DNA of 57,529 bases, from assembly GCA_964620175.1 (NCBI GenBank), contig CAZUIL010000004.1, forward strand, positions 1 to 57,529. Reading direction: 5' to 3'. The notes under the pieces were generated by a model. That model did no database searches. It worked only from the letters and a program-made list of their open reading frames with translations, and had not been told where the DNA came from. This DNA is from an uncultured Candidatus Saccharibacteria bacterium. GTDB taxonomy: Bacteria; Patescibacteriota; Saccharimonadia; Saccharimonadales; CAYZZS01. Below, piece by piece: positions 34,171 through 43,157 of the stretch. A program made the translations under genes and the position numbers. Position 1 is the first letter of the stretch. Each line of letters begins with the position of its first letter.

Positions 34171-34236
34171 AAGCTTGTACGTAAAAATCCGGCAGCCGCC
34201 AGAAGTACGTACACTGCTGACGGTAATTATACGGCG
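34171..34236 (-). promoter_or_regulatory. promoter/leader element, copy B (upstream of the umuD-like gene)
   Basis: The minus strand carries TATAAT (34231-34226). The inverted repeat TGTACGTA-N22-TACGTACA lies just downstream of the -10. Confidence 0.45.
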
Positions 34237-34237
34237 C

Positions 34238-34615
34238 TTAATTGACCTTTTCCAGAAATTCTACAAGCTGTTTTGGAGTAATCTCGGCCTTTACCAGGTA
34301 GCCATCCGCCTGCTTTTCTATGTCATTGCGGATTTCTTCGCGCTGGTCCAAGTTGGTGGTGATGATGATTTTAGAGCGCAGGTTCGGCGTTTCACGAGGG
34401 TCGCGCAGACGACGGAGTATTTCAATGCCCGTCATGGAGGGGATCATGAGATCAAGCAGGATAATGTCATATTTATTCGTCTGGGCCTCTTTCAGCCCTT
34501 CCATCCCATCCAGAATTACCTTCACCTGGTGTCCGGCCTTGGTTAAGGCGCGGACGTACAGCTCACTGATAAAGTGCTCATCTTCGATACAAAGAATGGT
34601 TTTTGATCCAGCCAT
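34238..34615 (-). CDS. single-domain (CheY-like) response regulator
   Basis: Receiver-domain motifs ILCIEDE, DIILLDLMIP, ITT and KQADGYLVK. No output domain is present. Confidence 0.85.
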   Translation of the reverse strand: MAGSKTILCIEDEHFISELYVRALTKAGHQVKVILDGMEGLKEAQTNKYDIILLDLMIPSMTGIEILRRLRDPRETPNLRSKIIITTNLDQREEIRNDIEKQADGYLVKAEITPKQLVEFLEKVN

Positions 34616-36116
34616 GTGCTCCCCGTACTATATCTTTATTATTGCTGTTCTTCTTCTCTTCGGCAAGTTTATCGTACGGCAGCAGCGTAAAGCCGAAGGT
34701 GCTGCCCTGGCCTTCTTTTGACTGGGCCCAGACCTCACCGCCGTGCGCCGTTATGATCGCCTTGCTGAGGTACAAGCCAAGCCCCGTGCCGCCGATCTGC
34801 GAGCGATTGCGGTGGTTGCGGTAAAACTTCTCGAACAAGTTTTGCATCGAACTTTCAGGGATGCCGACGCCGGAATCCTGCACGGTCGTTTCAATCATGC
34901 CGTCAGTCCGTTGTCGTGTGCTGACAGTGATTTTTTGCCCGGTGTTACTGTATTTGATGGCGTTGTCTACCAGGTTATTGATGACTTCATGTATGCTGAC
35001 GCGGTCCACTGCGACCCGTGGCAGCGCCGGGGGTATGTTCACCTCGATGGTTTTGCCGTGCACCTGGGCCCTCAGCCGCAGGCTGTCCAATGCTGAGCGA
35101 AGGATCTCTTCCCAGTTATCTTCGGTAAGCTGCAAGACAAGCTGGTTTTCATCGACCCTGGCGACGTTCAAGATGTTATTAACAAATGCTGCCAGTTGCT
35201 GCGCTGAAACGTTCATCTTGTGCATAAAATCCTTTAGCTCCGGATTAAGGCTGGCGCCAAGCTCATCCTCGAACACCTCGATATAGCCGCGCAGAACAGT
35301 AAGCGGAGTGCGCAGCTCGTGGACGGCCAGCGCCACGTAGCTCATAGCCTGGTCGTCCTTTTCGTAGCTCGCGGTACGGTCAAAGAACATGACGACTGTC
35401 TCTACGCCCCCTGGCAGCGCTTTGTTGTACGCCGCAGCCAGGTCAAGCTGCTTGCGGGTAGGCGAACTTTGCAGCTTTAGCCGTACGCGCTCCCATGTCC
35501 GGGCGTCGGTGACCTTGTTGGCGCGGCAATCTGCCAGCCAGGAGTCATACGTGCGCTCGTTGGGGAACGACATATCAATAGCCGAGTAGAAATTACTGCC
35601 GACAATATCGCTTTTCGCCAAGCTGAAGTACCTGAGCGCCGGCTCATTGGCGAACAGGATTTCCTGGGATTTGCTGATGGCGAGCAGCGGCAGCGGCAAG
35701 TTGGCGGCGATACTGCTGAGCAGTGGTTCTTCATCCGTTGACTTGGCTTTGGCATTCGTGTGCGGCACCGTACTTGCAAGCTGGTAGACTTCGAGCGCCA
35801 GGCTTGTCACGAGCTCACGCCCCGTCTTAACGGCCTCGAGGTTAGGTGCAGGCGCATGGCTGTGGGTGGGAGCAACATGCAAAATCGCCTGCCAAAGTGC
35901 CTTCAGCGGCTCCAGGGCATAGTTCGTGATGTACACAGAAAGGGCTGTGCTGAGCAATACGCCTACGATGCAAAACGCGATCGCTACCAGTACGCTGTCG
36001 AAGCTAAAAAACGTATCGGCCGCCAGCCACCCGATGACGATAAGCAGGTTCCCGCTGAACAGTACCAGGAACGTTTGGTTCCTGATCTGATCGTTGAGCT
36101 TCTTTAGGTGGTCCAT
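34578..36116 (-). CDS. membrane sensor histidine kinase
   Basis: Two N-terminal TMs, a PAS-like region, the H-box AVHELRTPLTVLRGY and HATPase_c motifs. The 3' end overlaps the regulator gene by 38 nt. Confidence 0.85.
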   Translation of the reverse strand: MDHLKKLNDQIRNQTFLVLFSGNLLIVIGWLAADTFFSFDSVLVAIAFCIVGVLLSTALSVYITNYALEPLKALWQAILHVAPTHSHAPAPNLEAVKTGRELVTSLALEVYQLASTVPHTNAKAKSTDEEPLLSSIAANLPLPLLAISKSQEILFANEPALRYFSLAKSDIVGSNFYSAIDMSFPNERTYDSWLADCRANKVTDARTWERVRLKLQSSPTRKQLDLAAAYNKALPGGVETVVMFFDRTASYEKDDQAMSYVALAVHELRTPLTVLRGYIEVFEDELGASLNPELKDFMHKMNVSAQQLAAFVNNILNVARVDENQLVLQLTEDNWEEILRSALDSLRLRAQVHGKTIEVNIPPALPRVAVDRVSIHEVINNLVDNAIKYSNTGQKITVSTRQRTDGMIETTVQDSGVGIPESSMQNLFEKFYRNHRNRSQIGGTGLGLYLSKAIITAHGGEVWAQSKEGQGSTFGFTLLPYDKLAEEKKNSNNKDIVRGAHGWIKNHSLYRR

Positions 36117-36122
36117 GGTGCT

Positions 36123-37343
36123 CTACGGGGCGAAGGTGACCCTATCGGCGCTGCCGACAGCAGTTATCCAGGTTTGCCCGGGATTGAACGAAAAGACGTT
36201 GCCAGCGGCGTCAGTAAACGTAATCTGCGCCTTATGGTCGGCTTTCTGCCAGGTGCCTTCGTACACGATGCCGTCCTGGAAGATATATACCTTGCCGTTG
36301 CCGACAGTGTTGTACGTCGTGTGCTGCCGGTCGGCGTGCAGCCCTTGCTGCATAACAAGTGCAATCACGACCTTTGGCTTGATTTGGGCACCCGAACGCT
36401 CGTCAGTGTGCGGCTTGCCGCCCATCACGCGAGCATAGGTATTTGTGGCCGGGTCGTAATCGTAGTGGACCTTATAGTTGGCGCTCGATATATTTAGGTC
36501 GATGGCTTTGGCAGTCGGCGTGGCGCTGGGCGCATCTTTCTTACGCGGAAACGGCGTGAAGGTACTGGCGGTAAAGCCCTTGGCTTGGTTGAGGGCATCA
36601 AGTTTCGCCATGCTGGTATACATGTTATGCGGTGCAAAGCGGTTCGATACCCGTTGGAAGGCACCACTGTTGGAGAATTGGTCGAGGTCTTTTACACCGA
36701 GGCTCTTAATGAGCGATAGTGCTTCCGGACTGCCGCCGACATGGGCATAGCTGGCATCAAACGAAAGCGCCCAGTCCAGATAGTACGGCCGTGCACTCCG
36801 GACCGGCCCGATGTGCTCCGGCTGGCTCTCTTGGAACAGTGCCAAAAACCGGGTAATGCCACCCTCGGCGATCGCTTCAAATACGACGCCGGCGTCAACC
36901 AGGCCAGCCTGGGGGCGGGCATCCGGACTGTTCTCTATCATGACTCCGGTTACCGGCCGCTTGGCAAGCGCCGGCTCCACTTCCACGCCGGTCAAGGGTG
37001 ACGGCAAGGTAGTTGGTTCTGGCGGCTTTTCCACCTTGACGGCTGGTTCCTCGGCCACTGGGGGCAGCTTCCGGAATTTTTTATATAAGTAGTACGCGCC
37101 TGCGCCGCCGCTTCCAAGCAGCAACACCAGCACTGTAATAAGGATTGCCCACTGTTTCCTTGATAGTTTGGACAACTTCAGCTTAAACGAATGGAACCGG
37201 CCGGTTTTGGTTTTAGCCGGCAGCTGCTTGCCCTGTTCCGCCGGCAGGCCGTCGGTTTGATGGGCGGGTTCGTTCTCGGGCGGCGTTGGGGGCGGGCCGT
37301 CTTCAGACTGCGGCCGCTCTGGTGGCTTAACGTCATCCATCAT
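36123..37343 (-). CDS. DUF3048 (YerB-like) exported protein
   Basis: Pro-rich N-terminus and a TM anchor, followed by PVTGVMIENSPDARPQAGLVDAGVVFEAIAEGGITRFLALF...GPVRSARPYYLDWA, which is typical of DUF3048. Confidence 0.65.
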   Translation of the reverse strand: MMDDVKPPERPQSEDGPPPTPPENEPAHQTDGLPAEQGKQLPAKTKTGRFHSFKLKLSKLSRKQWAILITVLVLLLGSGGAGAYYLYKKFRKLPPVAEEPAVKVEKPPEPTTLPSPLTGVEVEPALAKRPVTGVMIENSPDARPQAGLVDAGVVFEAIAEGGITRFLALFQESQPEHIGPVRSARPYYLDWALSFDASYAHVGGSPEALSLIKSLGVKDLDQFSNSGAFQRVSNRFAPHNMYTSMAKLDALNQAKGFTASTFTPFPRKKDAPSATPTAKAIDLNISSANYKVHYDYDPATNTYARVMGGKPHTDERSGAQIKPKVVIALVMQQGLHADRQHTTYNTVGNGKVYIFQDGIVYEGTWQKADHKAQITFTDAAGNVFSFNPGQTWITAVGSADRVTFAP

Positions 37344-37435
37344 AGCTAGATAGTATTGTACCAGCTTATGTTTATTCGCATAGCTATGTAGGTTACTTTC
37401 GTTCTATAATGGGATAAAGCGTAAGCCGCATGAAA

Positions 37436-37464
37436 TTGAATTTTGTTGAAAAAAATACTATAAT
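37436..37464 (+). promoter_or_regulatory. promoter giving a near-leaderless transcript for the TraD/VirD4-like gene
   Basis: TTGAAT (37436-37441), a 17-nt spacer and TATAAT (37459-37464). The ATG at 37474 is only 9 nt downstream, and there is no SD sequence. Confidence 0.5.
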
Positions 37465-37473
37465 ACTCACCCT

Positions 37474-40068
37474 ATGTTAGGACGCAAACACTCCGCCAAA
37501 CAATTGACATCCGCCGGTGTTGTGCTGCTGCTGCAAGTGCCTCGCACCAACGACAAAAAGGAGCTGGCAGCTGAGCAAATGTTTGCGAGTTTGCATGGCC
37601 TCTTGACAGGCCCCAAAAGCCGGCTGCGCGGCTCGGTGCGGGAGCGCATCAGTTTTGAAATTGCCGTAAAATCCCGGCGGATCGGATTTTTCGTATGGGT
37701 TCCGGAATACCTTAAGAGTTTTGTTGAAGACCAGATTTACGCCCAGTACCCCATGGTGCATATTTCAGAGGTGCCTGATTACAGCCAGGTCGAAGAATCA
37801 CCAGGCACGACAGAGCTGGGCGTGGAGCTCAAGCTGTCCGCGCATGAAGCGTTGCCGATAAAGACCTTTCCGAGTTTCGAGGTTGATCCGTTGGCGGCCA
37901 TTACCGCGACGCTGGCGCAGTTTGAAGAGCATGAAGAGGCATGGCTGCAGATTGTACTGCGCCCGGCACGTGATAACTGGTACCGCAAAAGCGAACGGTA
38001 CGCCACGGGCATCCGTAGCGGCAGCGCCGGCGGGCGCGGGCTGCTGACGGCGCTGTGGACACCCCCCGAGCCGGCCACCGGCAACGCCAAGCTCGCGGAG
38101 TACGAGTCGGCGCGGGCGAACGCTGCCGAAGAAAAAAGCCATAAATTAGCCTACGAGGTAGCTATCCGGGTTATCTATCGCGGCCAGTCTTCCCCTGCCC
38201 AGGCGAAAATGCGCCTCCAGGCTATTGCGGCAAGCTTCAAGCAGTTTAACACTACCTACCTCAACGGCTTTACCCAGCGGTACATTACTAAGCCGCAATT
38301 TGTTATCTCCTACCGGCAGCGGGCATTTGTAAGCCGCGGCTTTGTCTGCAACATCGAGGAGGTCGCCAGCCTGTACCACCTGCCGCATACCAACGTGGAA
38401 ACCCCCAACATCCTGTGGGCAAACGCCAAAACGGCCGAGCCGCCGGCGAACCTGCCGCTTGTTACTGACGCCAACCGTGACACGGTCAGCCCGATAGCCA
38501 TTACCAACTTCCGCGGGCACAATACCATGTTCGGCGTTTCACGTAACGACCGAAACCGCCATCTCTATATCATTGGCCAGACCGGCGTCGGTAAGTCTGG
38601 TTTGCTGGAACTACTGACGATTTCTGATATCTACAGCCCGTATGGTTTCGCGGTCATTGACCCGCACGGTGACTATGCCCAGAATGTGCTCAAGCGGATA
38701 ACGCCTGAACGCAAGGATGACGTCATTTACTTTAACCCGGCGGACACGGATTACCCGATAGCATTCAACCCGATGGAGGTAACTGACCCGAAGCTCAAGA
38801 CCCATACGGCCTCAGAACTCATCGGCGTGCTGAAGCGGATGTTCGAGTCGTGGGGGCCGCGGCTGGAATACATCTTGCGCTATAGCCTGCTGGCACTGCT
38901 TGATTGCCCGGATGCCACCATGCTGGACATTACGCGCATCTTAACCGATAAAAAGTTCCGCGAAGAAGTCCTTACCTACGTTGAGGACCCGGTGGTGAGG
39001 AATTTCTGGACGGTTGAGTTTGCCAGCTGGAACGATAAGTTTGCCGCCGAGGCCGTCGCGCCGGTGCTGAATAAAGTCGGCGCCTTTACCGCCAACCCGA
39101 TTGTGCGCAACATCATCGGCCAGCCGAAAAGCAGCTTTAACATCCGAAAAATCATGGACGAGCGCAAGATTCTCATTGTCAATCTGTCGCGGGGCTTGAT
39201 CGGCGAGGATAACGCTTCCCTGCTCGGTGCGCTGCTGGTCACCAAAATCCAGATGGGGGCGATGAGCCGGGCAGATATCGACCACAAGGACCGCATACCG
39301 TTTTATCTCTATGTCGACGAGTTCCAGAACTTTGCCACCGATTCGTTTGCCACTATCCTCAGCGAGGCACGCAAATATGCCCTGAACCTGACGGTTGCCA
39401 ACCAGTACATTGCCCAAATGAGCCAGGACGTGCGGGACGCCGTCTTTGGCAACGTCGGCTCGATCATCGCGTTCCGCACCAGCGCCGATGACGCCAGGGT
39501 CATGCAAAAGTACTTCGAGCCGCATTTTGAAGAGCACGATCTGGTACATATGCACAACCTGCACTTTGCTATCAGCATGATTATCGAGGGTGAAAAAATG
39601 CCGGCGTTCTCCGCCACTTCGCTTCGGCTACCGGCCTTTGGCGAAGATTACAGCCAACACATAGTTGAAAATAGCCGGCAGCGCTACGCCGCCGGTCGGG
39701 GTAACATCGAGTCATTCATGCATGACCGGTACGTAACCCCGAGCAAAAACGCGACCACTCAGCAACGGTCTGCCCCGCCTGCCCGTCCGGCCGCCAAAAA
39801 GCCGCACGAGCAAAACGCCGGGCCGGCAAACGCTTCGCCTGCCACCTTTGCGCTCAAGGCGGCGTCGCTGCAACAGCCTACCGAAGCCGAGCTTAACCAG
39901 GTGTCTGCCGGCATGCGGGCCGAAGCGGCTGCCGAAACACCAAAAAGAAAGCGCCGCCGGCGCCGGAACAAAAAGAAGGCCGAACCTACCGCTACCAACC
40001 CAGTGCAGCCAAACCAAGCGCAGTCGCCAAATCACTTCGACGAAGAAAACGTCATTAAGTTGCGCTAG
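37474..40068 (+). CDS. TraD/VirD4-like (FtsK/HerA-superfamily) P-loop NTPase with unknown N-terminal domain and K/R-rich tail
   Basis: Walker A LYIIGQTGVGKSG and Walker B-like FYLYVDEFQNF, with a coupling-protein-like C-terminal region. The ~340-aa N-terminal domain is of unknown family. The tail contains PKRKRRRRRNKKK. Confidence 0.65.
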   Translation: MLGRKHSAKQLTSAGVVLLLQVPRTNDKKELAAEQMFASLHGLLTGPKSRLRGSVRERISFEIAVKSRRIGFFVWVPEYLKSFVEDQIYAQYPMVHISEVPDYSQVEESPGTTELGVELKLSAHEALPIKTFPSFEVDPLAAITATLAQFEEHEEAWLQIVLRPARDNWYRKSERYATGIRSGSAGGRGLLTALWTPPEPATGNAKLAEYESARANAAEEKSHKLAYEVAIRVIYRGQSSPAQAKMRLQAIAASFKQFNTTYLNGFTQRYITKPQFVISYRQRAFVSRGFVCNIEEVASLYHLPHTNVETPNILWANAKTAEPPANLPLVTDANRDTVSPIAITNFRGHNTMFGVSRNDRNRHLYIIGQTGVGKSGLLELLTISDIYSPYGFAVIDPHGDYAQNVLKRITPERKDDVIYFNPADTDYPIAFNPMEVTDPKLKTHTASELIGVLKRMFESWGPRLEYILRYSLLALLDCPDATMLDITRILTDKKFREEVLTYVEDPVVRNFWTVEFASWNDKFAAEAVAPVLNKVGAFTANPIVRNIIGQPKSSFNIRKIMDERKILIVNLSRGLIGEDNASLLGALLVTKIQMGAMSRADIDHKDRIPFYLYVDEFQNFATDSFATILSEARKYALNLTVANQYIAQMSQDVRDAVFGNVGSIIAFRTSADDARVMQKYFEPHFEEHDLVHMHNLHFAISMIIEGEKMPAFSATSLRLPAFGEDYSQHIVENSRQRYAAGRGNIESFMHDRYVTPSKNATTQQRSAPPARPAAKKPHEQNAGPANASPATFALKAASLQQPTEAELNQVSAGMRAEAAAETPKRKRRRRRNKKKAEPTATNPVQPNQAQSPNHFDEENVIKLR

Positions 40069-40080
40069 CCTGCCACCTAC

Positions 40081-41517
40081 TTATAGGTGGGCGATTTGCG
40101 CGTCAATACGCGTGAGCGACTTTTCCTTGCCGAGTACGTGGAGCGTGTCAGCCAAGCCCGGGCTGGCTGGGGCTTGCGTCGTCGCGATGCGGACCAAACT
40201 AAACAAGACGGCTGGTTTCTGGCCAGTCTGCTCAAGCAAGCTGTTGAGCCGCTCAGTGAGGTCAGTGACGGTAAAGTCGCTTTGCTCCAAGCTTGATCTA
40301 GCCTCGGTGAGCAGTGACCTCAGCTCGCTTGCCGGCAGTTTTTTTAACTGCTTGTGGCTGCTGATCAGTTCAGGGTTGATTGGCAGGTCAACGAAAAAGA
40401 ACCGGGTGAGCTCCGGCAGCTCGGCAAGGAACTTGAGGCGTTCCTGCACAAGTGCGAGCACCTGTTTTTTATAATCGTCACCAAAAGCCTTTGCCGCCTC
40501 AGGCCAAAAGCCGTCTGTTTTTATGTACAGCTCGTCAAGCGGCAGGCGGCGGATGAAATGGCCGTTGACCCAGTGGAGCCGTTGTTCGTCAAAACGTGCG
40601 CCGCTGCGCTGGACTCGGTGTAGGCTGAAGGTGTCAATTAATTCCTGGACGGTAAAGATCTCCTGCTCACTGCCGTCATTCCAGCCAAGTGTCGCGATAA
40701 AGCTCACCAATGCCTCCGGCAAGAAGCCGTCGCGGATGTAATCGAGCACGTCTTTGGCGCCATCGCGCTTGGAGAGTTTCTTGTTGCCCTGTTCGTTGAG
40801 AATATGCGGCATCGTAGCCATGACGGGCGGCGTAATTTCGAGGGCCTCATACAGGTTTAGGTAATTTGGCACGCTGGCGAGGAACTCCTGTCCGCGGATG
40901 ACGTGCGTGATGCGCATCTCTGCGTCGTCAACAATGTGGGCAAAATTGTACGTCGGGTAGCCGTCAGATTTTATAAGGATAAAGTCATCGATCACTTCCG
41001 GCCCGGCCTTGAGGTCGCCCATTACCTCGTCATGCCAGGAATATTCTTTGGGATCGGCCTTGAACCGCAGTGGTTGCGTACCATCCCACGCCGGTCCGTT
41101 GTCCAGCGGATCAGGACGATGGCTGCGATACAGGAAGGGCTTTTTCTCAGCCTGTGCCTGTTCGCGGAACTTTTGTACTTCTTCCGGGGTATACGGGTCA
41201 GCATAGGCCCGGCCGGCGTCAATAAGCTTTTGTGCCCATGCGCGGTAGCTGTCGAGCCGCTCGCTCTGCCGGTACGGGGCATACGGGCCGCCGGTGTCTG
41301 GCCCTTCATCATAATCAAGACCTAAGGCTTTTAGGCTCTCTGTAAGGTGCCGGTCAGCACCGGCGACCTCCCGTTTTTTATCGGTATCTTCGAGACGGAC
41401 AATAAACTGCCCTTTTGCCTGGCGGGCCACCAGCCACGCAAAAAGCGCCGTGCGGATACCGCCGACGTGCAGGAAGCCGGTAGGACTGGGTGCGAAGCGG
41501 GTCCGGACGTTGCTCAT
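40081..41517 (-). CDS. gltX: glutamate--tRNA ligase
   Basis: RFAPSPTGFLHVGG (HIGH motif) and KLSKRDG (KMSKS motif). Confidence 0.95.
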   Translation of the reverse strand: MSNVRTRFAPSPTGFLHVGGIRTALFAWLVARQAKGQFIVRLEDTDKKREVAGADRHLTESLKALGLDYDEGPDTGGPYAPYRQSERLDSYRAWAQKLIDAGRAYADPYTPEEVQKFREQAQAEKKPFLYRSHRPDPLDNGPAWDGTQPLRFKADPKEYSWHDEVMGDLKAGPEVIDDFILIKSDGYPTYNFAHIVDDAEMRITHVIRGQEFLASVPNYLNLYEALEITPPVMATMPHILNEQGNKKLSKRDGAKDVLDYIRDGFLPEALVSFIATLGWNDGSEQEIFTVQELIDTFSLHRVQRSGARFDEQRLHWVNGHFIRRLPLDELYIKTDGFWPEAAKAFGDDYKKQVLALVQERLKFLAELPELTRFFFVDLPINPELISSHKQLKKLPASELRSLLTEARSSLEQSDFTVTDLTERLNSLLEQTGQKPAVLFSLVRIATTQAPASPGLADTLHVLGKEKSLTRIDAQIAHL

Positions 41518-41558
41518 TAGGGGTATTGTAAAGAAAAACCCCTATAAAGGGAACGGGC

Positions 41559-41822
41559 TTACCGATTCTTTTTGGATTTGAATGCTAAGACGGACGTCAG
41601 TGCTGCCACAGCGACTATCGGTCCCCAAGCCTCTACATCACTCAGGGTCATTGTCTCAGGCGTGTCCTGCTGGACAGATACCGCCTCTGTTTCCGCGAAC
41701 GGGAACGGGATGTAAGGTATCTTCCAGGTGTCGACTTCAATCGTGAGCTGCCCTGCCCCTCCTGACATGTCTATATCAGGGCTGGCAGTGCTGTCGCTAG
41801 GGTACAAGTGTTGTTCAACCAT
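41559..41822 (-). CDS. hypothetical small protein with C-terminal TM and basic tail
   Basis: 87 aa, ending ..WGPIVAVAALTSVLAFKSKKNR. No LPXTG-type motif is seen. Confidence 0.45.
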   Translation of the reverse strand: MVEQHLYPSDSTASPDIDMSGGAGQLTIEVDTWKIPYIPFPFAETEAVSVQQDTPETMTLSDVEAWGPIVAVAALTSVLAFKSKKNR

Positions 41823-41861
41823 CCTTATATTATATCACATATGTCAATATAAGTAAAGAAC

Positions 41862-42986
41862 TTACAAACTTGCAGCCAGGCGTATGAGCTGGTCGCTGGA
41901 GAGACCTGCCTTGCTCTCTACCTGGTACCAGATTCCCCCGTCAACCCAAGTGGCGTTGGAGCCGCTATAAATATAAATGGTCTTGCCTTTTTCCTGGTAG
42001 GTCTGGTACGGCTGGTTAGTGCTTGCAACGAAGTTGTCGAGCAGTGTGTCGCTGTTCCAGTTCGAAGAGCGCTGGATGACTTGGAACTGCCGCCCGTCCG
42101 TTTGCGAGCGGAATGTCAGGATTACTTCGCCGGGACTGTATTTAATGGGGCCCTGGAGGGCAAAGCCTGACGGTTGGTATCCAGGCATCGTGGCGCCAAA
42201 ACCGGCCCGGGCGGCAGCGAGACGCATGGTGAGGTTAGGTGCGTTTTGGTAGGCGAAGAAGCTGCCGATGAGCAGCAGGAGCGCAACGGCGGCGCCCGTG
42301 CTGACTACTTTAGGATGGACTTTGAGCTTACGGGCAACTTTGTGGTGCAGCTTCTGCTTTTTCGCTTTCGGCCGGTGCTGCTGATGGGAGGTGGCCTGGT
42401 GCAGTGCCCTTTCAAATGGGTTATGGTGCGGTTGGGCAGCCTTGGCCGGTGCTGAACGCGGCGGCATGGCGGCAGGTTTGGCTGCCGGATGGGGAGCGCG
42501 GTGTTTGGGCTCGGGTTTGACTGGCATTGGCTCGGTGCGGCGTACTACGTTTGGAATCGGTGCCCCGAAACGGCTGATAAGCTGGCTCTTGTGGACGCGC
42601 TTTGCCCGGTTGAAACGTGTTTTCAGTGCTTCGTCCGGTACGGCTGGCTGCGGGACTTGGAAGTTGATTGCCGGTGCTGCAGCGACTGGCGCGGCCGAGG
42701 CATGAACCGCTGGCTTTTTGACGGCGTGACGCATCAGCGTCTGGGCCCGCTCGGTACGGGCATGGTGGGCTGCACTGCCGCTGCTGGCCTTATGGACGCT
42801 ACGGCTGCGTTGCGCAGCCGGCGGTGCGGCATGGTGCGGCTGTTTGGTATGCCGTTTTGGCGGTTTCATAAAGCCATCCAGCATTAGCGGCCGTGATGGC
42901 GCTTTTCCCGAAGAATGGATGACCCTGCCTGTTTTGGCATCATACGTTTTGCCGTTAATTTCAATGCTGGTTTTGCTATTTCCCAC
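41862..42986 (-). CDS. bitopic membrane protein, basic cytoplasmic N-terminus, DUF4367-like extracytoplasmic domain
   Basis: A His/Lys/Pro/Ala-rich N-terminal half and one TM (VVSTGAAVALLLLIGSFFAY). The C-terminal ~130 aa resemble DUF4367 (..VILTFRS....FQVIQ......Y....G..IYIY.....ATWV.GGIWY.V....L...QLI.LA.S). Confidence 0.45.
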   Translation of the reverse strand: MGNSKTSIEINGKTYDAKTGRVIHSSGKAPSRPLMLDGFMKPPKRHTKQPHHAAPPAAQRSRSVHKASSGSAAHHARTERAQTLMRHAVKKPAVHASAAPVAAAPAINFQVPQPAVPDEALKTRFNRAKRVHKSQLISRFGAPIPNVVRRTEPMPVKPEPKHRAPHPAAKPAAMPPRSAPAKAAQPHHNPFERALHQATSHQQHRPKAKKQKLHHKVARKLKVHPKVVSTGAAVALLLLIGSFFAYQNAPNLTMRLAAARAGFGATMPGYQPSGFALQGPIKYSPGEVILTFRSQTDGRQFQVIQRSSNWNSDTLLDNFVASTNQPYQTYQEKGKTIYIYSGSNATWVDGGIWYQVESKAGLSSDQLIRLAASL

Positions 42987-43157
42987 GTGTGCCTTTTACC
43001 CTCGCTACGTTCAAAATCCGACAGCCGAACGATAATTACTTATGGTAAACCCACTTGTACTTTGCTGCAAGTAGATTCATAATGAAGCAAGCTTACACTG
43101 GCCGTTACGCGCGGAATGTTTTTAGGTGCTTCCACGTAAGCTAAAGTTTCGATTCTT

